25,187 nucleotides of DNA from a virus (IMGVR_UViG_3300017784_000004:1-25187); one strand, 5' to 3'. Positions 16,537-24,973 are shown, numbered from the stretch's first letter. The notes: a model not told the origin generated them from the letters alone. A program made the numbers and translations.

Positions 16537-17370
16537 TTATGCGCCAGTGGCAGAGTAGTAACCGTGCAGACTTTGGTTCAATTTAACCAAGACTTCGGGA
16601 TACTGCGTGAAGACCACGGTCGATGATTTATCGCCAGAGTTGATTGTGAAAGACGCGGCTTGATTCAGCACAACGGAAGTTGCGCCAGCATTTGCTGCGG
16701 TTGCCACAAAAGAACCTGTCTGCACAATTTGACCGTTGGTGGCCAATACAGAAACGTCCGTACCAACTGGCAATGCGGAAGGCAATGCACTCACGGTTAG
16801 GGTTGTAGTACCCGAACTGTAAGTAACAGTACCCAAGTCAACTGCGGTCTCTTGAACCAAACCAACCAAACGCAAAGGCAAGGTGGTTGTTACAGGAGTA
16901 GCCGAAGGAGCCAGAACAGCATTAGCAGAATTGCCGGTGTTGGTGCTGCCGGTATTGTTGATAGCTGACAGGTTAGTGCCAATCATCGCCAATGCAGCAG
17001 AAGCAACAGCAGTAGTAGCGGAACAAACAACCGCCTTAAACACGGCATCAGGGTCATCCAAGATATAAGCTTCGCAGTCACCAGCGGTGGTGCTTGCGGG
17101 CCAATATTGAGAGAACAACTTTTGCTTAGTCGTAGGGTTGGTGAAGGTGCAACCCAAGAAAATACCGACAGTCTGATTCAGACCAGTGCCAGTAGAAACT
17201 GAGGCGCGTGTGGCAAAGCCACGGGATAGAACAACGAAATCACCGTAAAAGATGTCGGTTGCAAAACCATACTGGATGTTGTACATACGGGTAGAACCCG
17301 CAAATACTTGACCACCAATTAAGTTCTGCGGCAACAACCCATACGGAGCTGAGACCACTGGATAAGCCAT
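16537..17370 (-). CDS. Capsid cement / decoration-like protein with inserted domain
   Basis: APYGL.P...GG, IFYGD.V, GIFLGC.FT.P, YWP, DDPD.VF motifs; directly upstream of the MCP. Confidence 0.65.
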   Translation of the reverse strand: MAYPVVSAPYGLLPQNLIGGQVFAGSTRMYNIQYGFATDIFYGDFVVLSRGFATRASVSTGTGLNQTVGIFLGCTFTNPTTKQKLFSQYWPASTTAGDCEAYILDDPDAVFKAVVCSATTAVASAALAMIGTNLSAINNTGSTNTGNSANAVLAPSATPVTTTLPLRLVGLVQETAVDLGTVTYSSGTTTLTVSALPSALPVGTDVSVLATNGQIVQTGSFVATAANAGATSVVLNQAASFTINSGDKSSTVVFTQYPEVLVKLNQSLHGYYSATGA

Positions 17371-17382
17371 TTAAGACTCCTA

Positions 17383-17835
17383 TTATTTAGAACCTGAACC
17401 AAATCCCTGTCCACGGCTGGTTGTAGACTTGCGGTCTGCAAACAGCGGCATACGAGGGTCGTTATTTCGCATGAAGCTATTGTCCACGGACTCCATCTGG
17501 TTGGAAGACTGCTTGTCGTAGTACGTTTGACGAGACTGTGCGAGTTCAGTAGGCATCTTGCAGAGCATGAGTCCACCAATTTCTACGTTCCCGGTAGCGG
17601 CACTACCTTCAATCATCAACTCAGGATGGTCTTTCGCCTTCACTGGCTCCCAGCCTTCACGCATCTGTCGAGATACGTTCGTGGGGTTAGCCTGACCTTG
17701 GACATGTGTTCCAATCCAACGATAAGAATAACCCGGCTCTGGGGTCGGATCGGGCAGCGCGTTAGGGGGTACATAGACCATCCTAGCGGATTTATCGCGT
17801 GATACTAGGTCACGGGGGATGCGAGTCTCAGCCAT
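17383..17835 (-). CDS. Conserved head-morphogenesis protein
   Basis: LP.P...PG..YRWI...NVS..MREGWEPV...HPE...GGL.LCKMP motif; between scaffold and cement genes. Confidence 0.7.
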   Translation of the reverse strand: MAETRIPRDLVSRDKSARMVYVPPNALPDPTPEPGYSYRWIGTHVQGQANPTNVSRQMREGWEPVKAKDHPELMIEGSAATGNVEIGGLMLCKMPTELAQSRQTYYDKQSSNQMESVDNSFMRNNDPRMPLFADRKSTTSRGQGFGSGSK

Positions 17836-18748
17836 TAGAATTCTCCAGTTTAGCTACTTGAACAGCATATTGTTGTGGGGTCAGTCCAAACTTCTTCGCC
17901 AACGCAACCTGCGTGGCTGTAAGCTGAACCTTCTTTGGCCCTGTCGAACGTGTCGCAGAGGCAACAACAGATGATGGCCTTTTGGTAGCTCCACCGAAAA
18001 CTTCAGGGAACGTAGACTTCATGCGGGAGTCAATTCGTTCAAAGTATTCGTCTGAACGGGGATCAATGCCCGAGTTCACTAGTTTTTGATGCAGCCCTAG
18101 TGAAAAGCTGGTTAGTTCCTCGTTACCCGGAGCGCCGAACCACTGGTTTTTTGCCTGCCAGCGCAGTGTTTTATCATCAGGTTCAACCGCTACAGGTTGG
18201 GATTTCCGTATTTGTACATCATCCGAAGGCGTTTGTAAAGGGGCTGGGCGAAAATTCTGCGCCGAGATCAACTTTAATTTCGCATCCGTCAATGCTTCCT
18301 GTGCAGCAATTATAGCATCAGTGTCGAAGGCTTCCTGTGCCGCCTTGTAGTTGCGCCTTGCCGTTTCCAACTCATTACCAGCGGATTCCTGTACCTTTTC
18401 TGCGTACTGCTGGGCACCTGTGTTGGCGTATTGCTTCAGTTTCTTGTTCTCGTCAAGCAACTGCTGTGCAAGATTCTCTAGTTCCTGCTTTTCCCGAACT
18501 ACGGACTCTTTTGCCCTACGTTCATCGTGTCTTGCATGGGTAAGTTCCTTGATTCGACCCTTAACCTTGTCGGAATATGAGTCCAGTTCCGCATCAGAGG
18601 GGTCTTCAACCGCCTTATCCAGAGCTACGCGCCCACGATCACGCGCTGGCGTGTCATCTACGATCTCAATCTCAACTTCCTGCTCCTTTTCAAGCGCAGC
18701 CTTGGATTTCTCCTCAATTTCGTCGGGAAACTCGTAATTCTCAGCCAT
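17828..18748 (-). CDS. Putative scaffolding protein
   Basis: Acidic N-terminus, long coiled coil, W...N.WFG, C-terminal LT..QV..AKK.GLT...YA. Confidence 0.7.
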   Translation of the reverse strand: MAENYEFPDEIEEKSKAALEKEQEVEIEIVDDTPARDRGRVALDKAVEDPSDAELDSYSDKVKGRIKELTHARHDERRAKESVVREKQELENLAQQLLDENKKLKQYANTGAQQYAEKVQESAGNELETARRNYKAAQEAFDTDAIIAAQEALTDAKLKLISAQNFRPAPLQTPSDDVQIRKSQPVAVEPDDKTLRWQAKNQWFGAPGNEELTSFSLGLHQKLVNSGIDPRSDEYFERIDSRMKSTFPEVFGGATKRPSSVVASATRSTGPKKVQLTATQVALAKKFGLTPQQYAVQVAKLENSNG

Positions 18749-18758
18749 TTTTACTCCT

Positions 18759-19187
18759 TCAAGCGCGGGTTAGCCCACGAGGGTCTTGCACAACAGCGTC
18801 TATCTGGTCATCATTCAGAAGACGGAACTCTTTGCCGTAGATTTTGAAGCGTGTACCAGAATAGGTACGCACCAAGACGAAATCTCCAGCCTTACACCAT
18901 GCTCCACCGGGGAACTTAGCCTGATCTTTGTACGCATCGGGGCCAACTTTCACCACAAACAGCACGGTAGTTGCGTGTTCTTCCTGTCGCATGTAGGCTC
19001 CGGCCTTAATGATGGACGAATCCTCAAAGGTGTCAGCTACATCAGGTACAACACATAGCAGTTTCCACCCCGTAGGGTCAGGTAACTGGGTCGCTTTCTC
19101 TTCTTCAGGCATATCCAGATCGGGTTCTTCCCGTGGCTGGATTGTTCGCGGCAAGCTAATGCCGGGGGGCAAGATAAGATTACTCAT
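18759..19187 (-). CDS. GroES-like co-chaperonin (Cpn10)
   Basis: P.GW.LL.V...II...V.VGP..Y...K.GD.V....YSGT.F...G.E.RLLND..I.AVV; start reassigned to ATG 19187. Confidence 0.85.
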   Translation of the reverse strand: MSNLILPPGISLPRTIQPREEPDLDMPEEEKATQLPDPTGWKLLCVVPDVADTFEDSSIIKAGAYMRQEEHATTVLFVVKVGPDAYKDQAKFPGGAWCKAGDFVLVRTYSGTRFKIYGKEFRLLNDDQIDAVVQDPRGLTRA

Positions 19188-19374
19188 CGTCGTGTTCAGC
19201 TTTCTGTGCAAGGTCAATTAGATAACGCTCTGCGATGGCTAGACCCTGAATCGTCCCGCAAAGTTTTTGGTACTCATCGAAATTGCGGCAAGAACCCCCC
19301 GCCAAGTCATCGGCGTAGTTGTTCATGTCGGTTCGTATTTTTTCGCGCAATACGCGTGCGAAGTCTTGGATCAT
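19180..19374 (-). CDS. Small conserved phage protein downstream of the portal
   Basis: 64 aa, L..G....F.EY...CG.I.GL motif; overlaps both neighbours. Confidence 0.75.
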   Translation of the reverse strand: MIQDFARVLREKIRTDMNNYADDLAGGSCRNFDEYQKLCGTIQGLAIAERYLIDLAQKAEHDDE

Positions 19375-21860
19375 TTAGTTGGTGTTTCCTTTCGTGAGTT
19401 GGCTGCGATCTGGGCTGATTGCAAAGCGGATTGCGCTTTGTTCTTTGCGATGTCAGCGCCCATCTGGACGCCAGCACGTTCTTGTTCAAACTGTTGTTTG
19501 GCCTGACTATCTTTGAGCTGCGACCCCACGCGCATGGCGTCGATCTGAAGCTGACCGCTGACTTGCTGCTCTTCCAACTGCTGCTTGTCGGATGCAGCGG
19601 CGGCGTTAGCCATCATGGTTTTCTCTTTAATCTCAACCTCTTTGGCCCGAATCTGCAACTCTTGCATCTGCATCTGAACCACAGGGTCTTGCGCTTGCTG
19701 CTGGGCCTGCTGCTGTGCAGCCTTGGCCTGATCCTGCATCAGTACCTGCTGCGCTGCTTGAGCCATCATTCCTGACAGGGCGATCTCAATCTGTGGTGGC
19801 AACGGCTCGTCTTCGGGCGGCAGCGGCATACCCAACTGCTGCTCTATCTTCTGGCGCATCATGTATCCCACATGCTCGGCAATGTGTGCGGTCAAGGCTG
19901 CGCCGATTGCTGGTGCACGGGGGTTCTGCCCGATGAACTGCTGGATCAGCGGGTCTTGCATCAGCATCATGTGCACCTGAATATGCGACTGATGGTCTTG
20001 GTGCAGGAACGCTTTCATCGGCTTGCCCTTGAGCGCAGCCTGATTCTCGGTAACGGGGTCTTTCGGCTTCTGGTCTTCTTCCAGCGGCACGAGCTTGTCT
20101 GCATTCTTAATACCCAGCACCTCCAGCATGTTGCGGTGCAACTGGGGCAAGTCGTAGATATCCGGGGCCATCTGCGCCATCTGAATGACGGCTTGGTACT
20201 GGACAACCCGCTGGCTCATGGTGGCTGCGTTAGGGTCGCTGACAGGAATAATGTCCACATCGTCGTAGTCCGAACGCTTCGCCTTGGAGGAGCCTACATC
20301 TGGCTCGTAGGTGTAATCCGGGTCTGTGTAGTCCGCGATGATCCGCGCCAGCAGTTTCAACTCTTGCTTGAACGCAAAGTGCACCCGAGCCTGAACCGCC
20401 GTCATCACCTTTAGCTGGCGCTCCAGCAGCGCGAGGGTCGTACCTACCGGGGCTTGCCCGGACATATCGCTGACCTTTAGATCAGCCGTGGCAGCAAAGC
20501 GCCTGCCCTCTTCCACGATGTTGCCCAGCAGGGCCATCAGTACCTGACTCGGTTCCTTGTACGGGAGGGGCAGGATGTTGTCCCGCATCACCCCAGAGCC
20601 AATGTCTACGTCCCGCCACTCTCCGGGGGCAATCGGCGTGTCATCACCCTTAATGCGAAGCCCTCGGGTTTTGAGTCCACCGGGGAGGTTGGAAAGTGTG
20701 CCTGCGTCCACAAGCTGTCGCATAATACTGGTAGCCGACTTCGCAAACCCGCCGATGAGGTGGAACAGCCCGAACCCGTACGCTCCGAATCCCGGAATGT
20801 ATTGGTAGTGAACAAAGTGCTGTCGCTTGAGTCTAAGGTCGTCATCTTCTTCCCAGTTGCGGCGAATTGCCAAAACCTCATTGGTTCCCTTAATAAGGGT
20901 GACCACATAGGGGAGCATGATGCCCGTTTCTTCCCCTTCTTTGTCGGTATCCTCAAACCCCTTTAGGTCGAGGTCAACATGCGCTTCGTACAGCGTGAAC
21001 CTGTCGTCGTTGATATCGCTGAAGCCTGTCTCTTTGTTCTTAGCCTTCTCAATGTCCGTCGTGTCCTTGGTCGGATCACCCAAATCACATTCCCGATAAA
21101 ACCCCGCCGCTTGCAGCTTGAGTATCTCGTTCTTGGTCTTGTGCATCACATGGGTAACACGGTAGCAAGACTGAATATCAGACGCTCCATACGGCAGGAT
21201 GATGTCCTCTGCGGGTATGAACACAGATACTTGCCGCCCCAGACTGGGGTCGTAGTACACCTTCTTGAACGCTGAACCTGTAGCCGGTAGGCTCCACAAC
21301 ATCCTCTCATGCTCTGCCCTGAATTCAACCATCTTCTCCGTTAGCTGGTAGTTCATGTCCTCTTCAACACGAAGCGCGGATTGCTTCTTCTCGGGCGTTT
21401 CCTTGCCGATGATCTTGGTACGGACTGGCCCTTGGGCAGGGAATGTCTCCGTTATGGTCTCGCTCTGGAACCGGACAACCGCCTCGGTAATCATTGGGTG
21501 GAACACCCCGCAGGCTCCGTTCCACGGTTCCGTGCGCTCTTCGTACTGAAGCCCCAGCAACTTCAGCCCTTCCGTGTATGCTTTCTCCCAATCCTTGCGC
21601 CCCGCCTTGTCATTGTCAATCTCGGACACCAGATCAGACGCCATGGACTGCATGGCCGACTCATCCATCGAATCGGCAAGGTTCTCGTCAAATCCCCCCT
21701 CATCACCCTCCCCCGGAACAATCTCAAGCTCCATGCCGCCAATGCCAATCTTGATTGCCTCTGGGTCAACAATCTCAATCTCAATAGCCGACTCATCGGC
21801 AGCAGCGTCATCTATACCCTCTGGCGCTTGGTATAGGGCTTTGTCAATATTGGTTGCCAT
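19371..21860 (-). CDS. Portal protein (P22-like, with long Gln-rich C-terminal barrel)
   Basis: 829 aa after TerL; HP.ITEAVVRFQ, GSAFKKVYYD, PG.GAYG.GL, RQLVDAGTLSN; Q/A-rich helical C-terminus. Confidence 0.9.
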   Translation of the reverse strand: MATNIDKALYQAPEGIDDAAADESAIEIEIVDPEAIKIGIGGMELEIVPGEGDEGGFDENLADSMDESAMQSMASDLVSEIDNDKAGRKDWEKAYTEGLKLLGLQYEERTEPWNGACGVFHPMITEAVVRFQSETITETFPAQGPVRTKIIGKETPEKKQSALRVEEDMNYQLTEKMVEFRAEHERMLWSLPATGSAFKKVYYDPSLGRQVSVFIPAEDIILPYGASDIQSCYRVTHVMHKTKNEILKLQAAGFYRECDLGDPTKDTTDIEKAKNKETGFSDINDDRFTLYEAHVDLDLKGFEDTDKEGEETGIMLPYVVTLIKGTNEVLAIRRNWEEDDDLRLKRQHFVHYQYIPGFGAYGFGLFHLIGGFAKSATSIMRQLVDAGTLSNLPGGLKTRGLRIKGDDTPIAPGEWRDVDIGSGVMRDNILPLPYKEPSQVLMALLGNIVEEGRRFAATADLKVSDMSGQAPVGTTLALLERQLKVMTAVQARVHFAFKQELKLLARIIADYTDPDYTYEPDVGSSKAKRSDYDDVDIIPVSDPNAATMSQRVVQYQAVIQMAQMAPDIYDLPQLHRNMLEVLGIKNADKLVPLEEDQKPKDPVTENQAALKGKPMKAFLHQDHQSHIQVHMMLMQDPLIQQFIGQNPRAPAIGAALTAHIAEHVGYMMRQKIEQQLGMPLPPEDEPLPPQIEIALSGMMAQAAQQVLMQDQAKAAQQQAQQQAQDPVVQMQMQELQIRAKEVEIKEKTMMANAAAASDKQQLEEQQVSGQLQIDAMRVGSQLKDSQAKQQFEQERAGVQMGADIAKNKAQSALQSAQIAANSRKETPTK

Positions 21861-21868
21861 TGGGTGTC

Positions 21869-23401
21869 CTAGTAGTATGCGGCTTGTCTGCCGCGTCTGA
21901 ATATTTTAGGCTCTTCCTTCTCGTCGGAGTCGAGCGCGATGAATCCACCCTGCCTGTAACGCAACAGTGCTTGGGTTGTCGTATCCACATAGTCGTCGTG
22001 ATCCCCAACCGGGAACGCCGCCATTTCCTCAATAACCTCCCGTGCCCAGCGCGTGTCCGGTGCCCATACCTTGCCCGAGGTAAACAGGTCTGCCACCGCG
22101 TTCATCCGCACCATTTTATCGTTTCCCCGGCTGGGCGTGAACTCCTGCACAGGTATGCCCATGGCCCTAAGCTCCTGAATCAGGGGGGAGCCTGCGGCCT
22201 TCTTTTCCACTATTATGCTGTCTGGTTCCCATTCTTTCCAGTGCTTGTGCGCCACCGCCTTTAGCTCCGGGAATGCCATCCTGTCCTTGAACGCATCTAA
22301 TAGTATTAGCTGCGGGGAGCTATTCTCCTCCTCGTTGTACCATATGCCCCATGTCGTACAGGCGCTGTAGTCGGCTGTGGTCTTAGTCTCAAACGCGGTA
22401 TCCCATGACTGTATTATGTACTCACATTTGGGCGCATCGTCATGGGGCCATACCCGCCAGTCTTTCCGGGAGACCACGGCTGACATGTCCGATGTCGGCT
22501 GCTGCATGTACTGCGCGTTCCAATACCGTGGCTCCAAGCTGGCCTTGGTGGACTCCAGCAACTCAAGCGGCCATTGCTCCGGCCACAGGGATTTACCCGA
22601 TGGCAGGATGGCGGGTAGCTCCACGATCTCCCACGGCACGGAGTCCGGGTTCTTGGTCTGGTAGTCAATCAGGCGTCCGGTCAGGTCGAGCAGGCTCCAG
22701 CGCGTCATTATTACTATTATGGCTCCCCCCGGCATGAGTCGCTGAAGCGGCCCCGTCTGGAACCAAGACCACGCCGTATCAAAGGCAAGTCGGCTGTTTA
22801 CTTTGATATCCTGCTCTGAATGCGGATCATCAATAACGAATAGATCAGCGCCGCGTCCAGCAAGCGCACCGCCGACACCTGCGGCATAGTACTGCCCCCC
22901 GGCTGTGGTACTCCACTTGCCTGCGGCCTTTTGGTCGCTAGCGACAAGCGTGTTGGGGAATATCTCATGGTACTCCTCCGAGTCGATTAAGTTACGCACC
23001 CGCCGACCAAAGTCCTCCGACAGGGACGCAGTATGCGTTCCCATGATTATCTTCTTCTCGGGATACTTGCCTAAAAAATAAGCAGGAAACAGGTAGCTGC
23101 TGAACTCGGACTTGCCGTGGCGGGGGGCTATGTTGATGATGACGCGCTTCTTGTTGCCGTCGATGACATCCTCAAATATCTTAGCCAGCTTCCTGTGGTG
23201 TGCGCCAATCTTGAATCCGGGATACACGCCCGTGGCAAATCCAAGGGGGCTTAGTTTGGCAGCGGACAGTCTGGCGCGTTCTTCCCGGATGCTAAGGTCG
23301 TCAAATAGCTCCATCTTGTCCTGCAAGGACATTGTTGGCAAAGCGCGTTGAAGCGCCTCAAGCTCAACTTTACTTAATGATGTCAGCGTTTGGAGGTTCA
23401 T
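21869..23401 (-). CDS. terL: Terminase large subunit
   Basis: Walker A NIAPRHGKS, Walker B LFVIDDP, coupling motif MTRW, nuclease domain SWDTA...D.SA...HDDYVD. Confidence 0.95.
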   Translation of the reverse strand: MNLQTLTSLSKVELEALQRALPTMSLQDKMELFDDLSIREERARLSAAKLSPLGFATGVYPGFKIGAHHRKLAKIFEDVIDGNKKRVIINIAPRHGKSEFSSYLFPAYFLGKYPEKKIIMGTHTASLSEDFGRRVRNLIDSEEYHEIFPNTLVASDQKAAGKWSTTAGGQYYAAGVGGALAGRGADLFVIDDPHSEQDIKVNSRLAFDTAWSWFQTGPLQRLMPGGAIIVIMTRWSLLDLTGRLIDYQTKNPDSVPWEIVELPAILPSGKSLWPEQWPLELLESTKASLEPRYWNAQYMQQPTSDMSAVVSRKDWRVWPHDDAPKCEYIIQSWDTAFETKTTADYSACTTWGIWYNEEENSSPQLILLDAFKDRMAFPELKAVAHKHWKEWEPDSIIVEKKAAGSPLIQELRAMGIPVQEFTPSRGNDKMVRMNAVADLFTSGKVWAPDTRWAREVIEEMAAFPVGDHDDYVDTTTQALLRYRQGGFIALDSDEKEEPKIFRRGRQAAYY

Positions 23402-23972
23402 CAGGCAGGGGAGTTACATCTACTACATCTAGCACATTCATAAACTTGTTGAGCTTTTCCTTGATGCGCTGCTCCAACTCGGTGTCCGATAGCTGGGTCT
23501 TCTTGACCTCAATTCGTTCCGTGAATAGTGCAACCTCAGTTACCTTACCCAACATCTCCAGCGCCTTGAGCCTGAATTTAGTGTCGGGGTTCTTAGTCTC
23601 TTCAAGTATCTGGGCTACGGTGTATCCCCGAATCTCTTTAGCCTGTTCTATAAACGCCCAGTCGTAGGCGGTCAACATCCCCACCAAGTGCTGTACCGCC
23701 TTGGGGGTCTTTACGTTAGTTAGTGCTAACTTAGTATCCTGTATTGGGCTTTGTGTTGCAAGGGCTGCAAACGCTGCGCGTGCTGCATGGGCGTCGGCTA
23801 CGGACTCCACATCCTCATCTGATATAGCGCCGATCTCTTTTAACCAGTCAGTAGTCTTTACCTTGGCGTCTATCTGGTCAGCCACACTGTGATTGGCAAT
23901 GGGCGACACCGCACCCTTGGGCGCTTCTTCTATCGCGGGGTGGAATTCCCCGTTAATCAAGTGTTCAAACAT
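23370..23972 (-). CDS. Putative terminase small subunit
   Basis: Overlaps the terL start; RLKALEMLGKV..V.LFTER motif; start reassigned to ATG 23972 (MFEHLING). Confidence 0.65.
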   Translation of the reverse strand: MFEHLINGEFHPAIEEAPKGAVSPIANHSVADQIDAKVKTTDWLKEIGAISDEDVESVADAHAARAAFAALATQSPIQDTKLALTNVKTPKAVQHLVGMLTAYDWAFIEQAKEIRGYTVAQILEETKNPDTKFRLKALEMLGKVTEVALFTERIEVKKTQLSDTELEQRIKEKLNKFMNVLDVVDVTPLPDEPPNADIIK

Positions 23973-23983
23973 GTGATCTGCTT

Positions 23984-24028
23984 TTATTGTATACTTCTTT
24001 TCGGTGGTGGTGCAAGCAGTTGCCCCAT
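23984..24028 (-). CDS. Candidate leader peptide MGQLLAPPPKRSIQ upstream of terS
   Basis: SD AAGGAG (24039-24034) 5 nt before ATG; stop 11 nt before the terS ATG, which lacks an SD. Confidence 0.35.
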   Translation of the reverse strand: MGQLLAPPPKRSIQ

Positions 24029-24088
24029 TGCTTCTCCTTGGCAAATTGCTCATTTGCTCTTCAGCCCCTTAACCGGGGCTGCTTTTTG
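24001..24088 (+). ncRNA. Candidate small RNA antisense to the terS leader
   Basis: TATACT at 23990-95, G-U hairpin 24002-24030, unpaired CUUCUCCUU, hairpin GCAAAU/AUUUGC, then intrinsic terminator. Confidence 0.45.
24062..24087 (+). terminator. Rho-independent terminator on the + strand
   Basis: CAGCCCC-ttaacc-GGGGCTG-c-TTTTT. Confidence 0.65.
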
Positions 24089-24095
24089 TGGTGCA

Positions 24096-24113
24096 TTGTC
24101 TAGTGTTAGACAA
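24096..24113. promoter_or_regulatory. Perfect 7-4-7 inverted repeat, operator-like
   Basis: TTGTCTA-gtgt-TAGACAA in the divergent control region. Confidence 0.45.
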
Positions 24114-24354
24114 GAATGTATGCAAATTTTTTATAATTTTTAATAGGCGACCTATTAGGGTTTGTACGGGGGGTGTGGTCGTTTTTAGGTTTGGGTTGTT
24201 TTTGTGGGAAATGTGGATTGCGGGTGGGGAATAGTGTTCATGTAATGACGCATCTGTCGCGGTCTAAAGGGGGTGTGGGGGTATGGTGGGGTCGCCTTAT
24301 ACCACATTCAGGGGCTTTCAGGGGTGCTGCCGAAAGCTATTTCACCCTCATCCA

Positions 24355-24394
24355 TACAATTGAGTTATCGGTTAGGGATTGGCTCTGGCCGATA
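24355..24394 (+). promoter_or_regulatory. Candidate -10 box followed by a 5' leader hairpin
   Basis: TACAAT at 24355-60; 12-bp hairpin UAUCGGUUAGGG/CUCUGGCCGAUA (24366-24394) with G-U pairs valid only on +; no clear -35. Confidence 0.5.
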
Positions 24395-24413
24395 GAGGGA
24401 GAACGGTTCTCCC
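24395..24413. repeat. 19-bp direct repeat copy 1 containing a 17-bp palindrome
   Basis: GA-GGGAGAAC-G-GTTCTCCC, identical to 24823-24841. Confidence 0.9.
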
Positions 24414-24428
24414 GCCAAAGGAAAAATC

Positions 24429-24824
24429 ATGAGTATGAAATTCGCAATCAAGTTTCTGGAAACAAATGCCGCTGCCTACGCCAAGGCCAGCAAAGTGTTC
24501 GCGACCATTGAGTCGCAGGGGTTCACCGAGTCACTTGCAGCCGCTGGCGTGGCTGGCCCGGATATACGGGTATTCGCTACCGTATGGGTAGCGGAGCAGA
24601 CAGGCGTGGCTCCCCACGATTATCGTGGGGCATGGGTGTTCACCAAGGACTCGGCAGAGCACAGCCGAGTGAAATACTTGGTCGCTGTCGCCAGCGGCGC
24701 AGCAGAGGCCAAGGCTAAGGCTAGGTCGTCGGGCAAGAAGGAAGTCGATCTGCTTGCTGCTGCACTGGCGGCCTACGGGCTGCTGTCGGTGGCCCAACGG
24801 AAGTCGTTCAAAGCGGCAATCTGA
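24429..24824 (+). CDS. Hypothetical Ala-rich early protein
   Basis: 131 aa, SD AAGGA; first gene of the divergent + strand unit; no recognisable domain. Confidence 0.7.
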   Translation: MSMKFAIKFLETNAAAYAKASKVFATIESQGFTESLAAAGVAGPDIRVFATVWVAEQTGVAPHDYRGAWVFTKDSAEHSRVKYLVAVASGAAEAKAKARSSGKKEVDLLAAALAAYGLLSVAQRKSFKAAI

Positions 24825-24841
24825 GGGAGAACGGTTCTCCC
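24823..24841. repeat. 19-bp direct repeat copy 2 containing a 17-bp palindrome
   Basis: GA-GGGAGAAC-G-GTTCTCCC overlapping the TGA stop of 24429..24824. Confidence 0.9.
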
Positions 24842-24851
24842 CCTGACCTCT

Positions 24852-24973
24852 GACATCGTGGGAGCGTGGCTCTCGCGGTGTTCCCGCCCGTGTCAAACGG
24901 GATTTCTTACAGCGCATCCGAAAGGGTGCGTTGTGGGGCAATCCTGCCATCACCGTATGAGTTTTACTCATAC
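24852..24973 (+). ncRNA. Structured intergenic RNA (multiple hairpins)
   Basis: 14-bp G-U-rich stem 24852-24882; 14-bp stem with GAAA tetraloop 24906-24937; perfect GTATGAGT-ttt-ACTCATAC 24955-24973. Confidence 0.6.

Noticed and set aside
19419-23351. Many alternative-frame ORFs within portal and terL
   Set aside because: Expected shadows in GC-richer coding sequence; no independent signals.
23973-24053. N-terminal extension of terS in the ORF track
   Set aside because: Runs through the hairpin/uORF region with atypical composition; ATG 23972 is preferred.
24173-24511. 112-aa plus-strand ORF
   Set aside because: Crosses the G/T-rich control region, has no SD and overlaps the better-supported 24429..24824.
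24395-24841. Palindromic repeats as a mini-CRISPR array
   Set aside because: Only two 19-bp copies separated by a whole gene; wrong repeat and spacer geometry.
24852-24973. tRNA gene
   Set aside because: No cloverleaf, TTCRA T-loop or acceptor stem.
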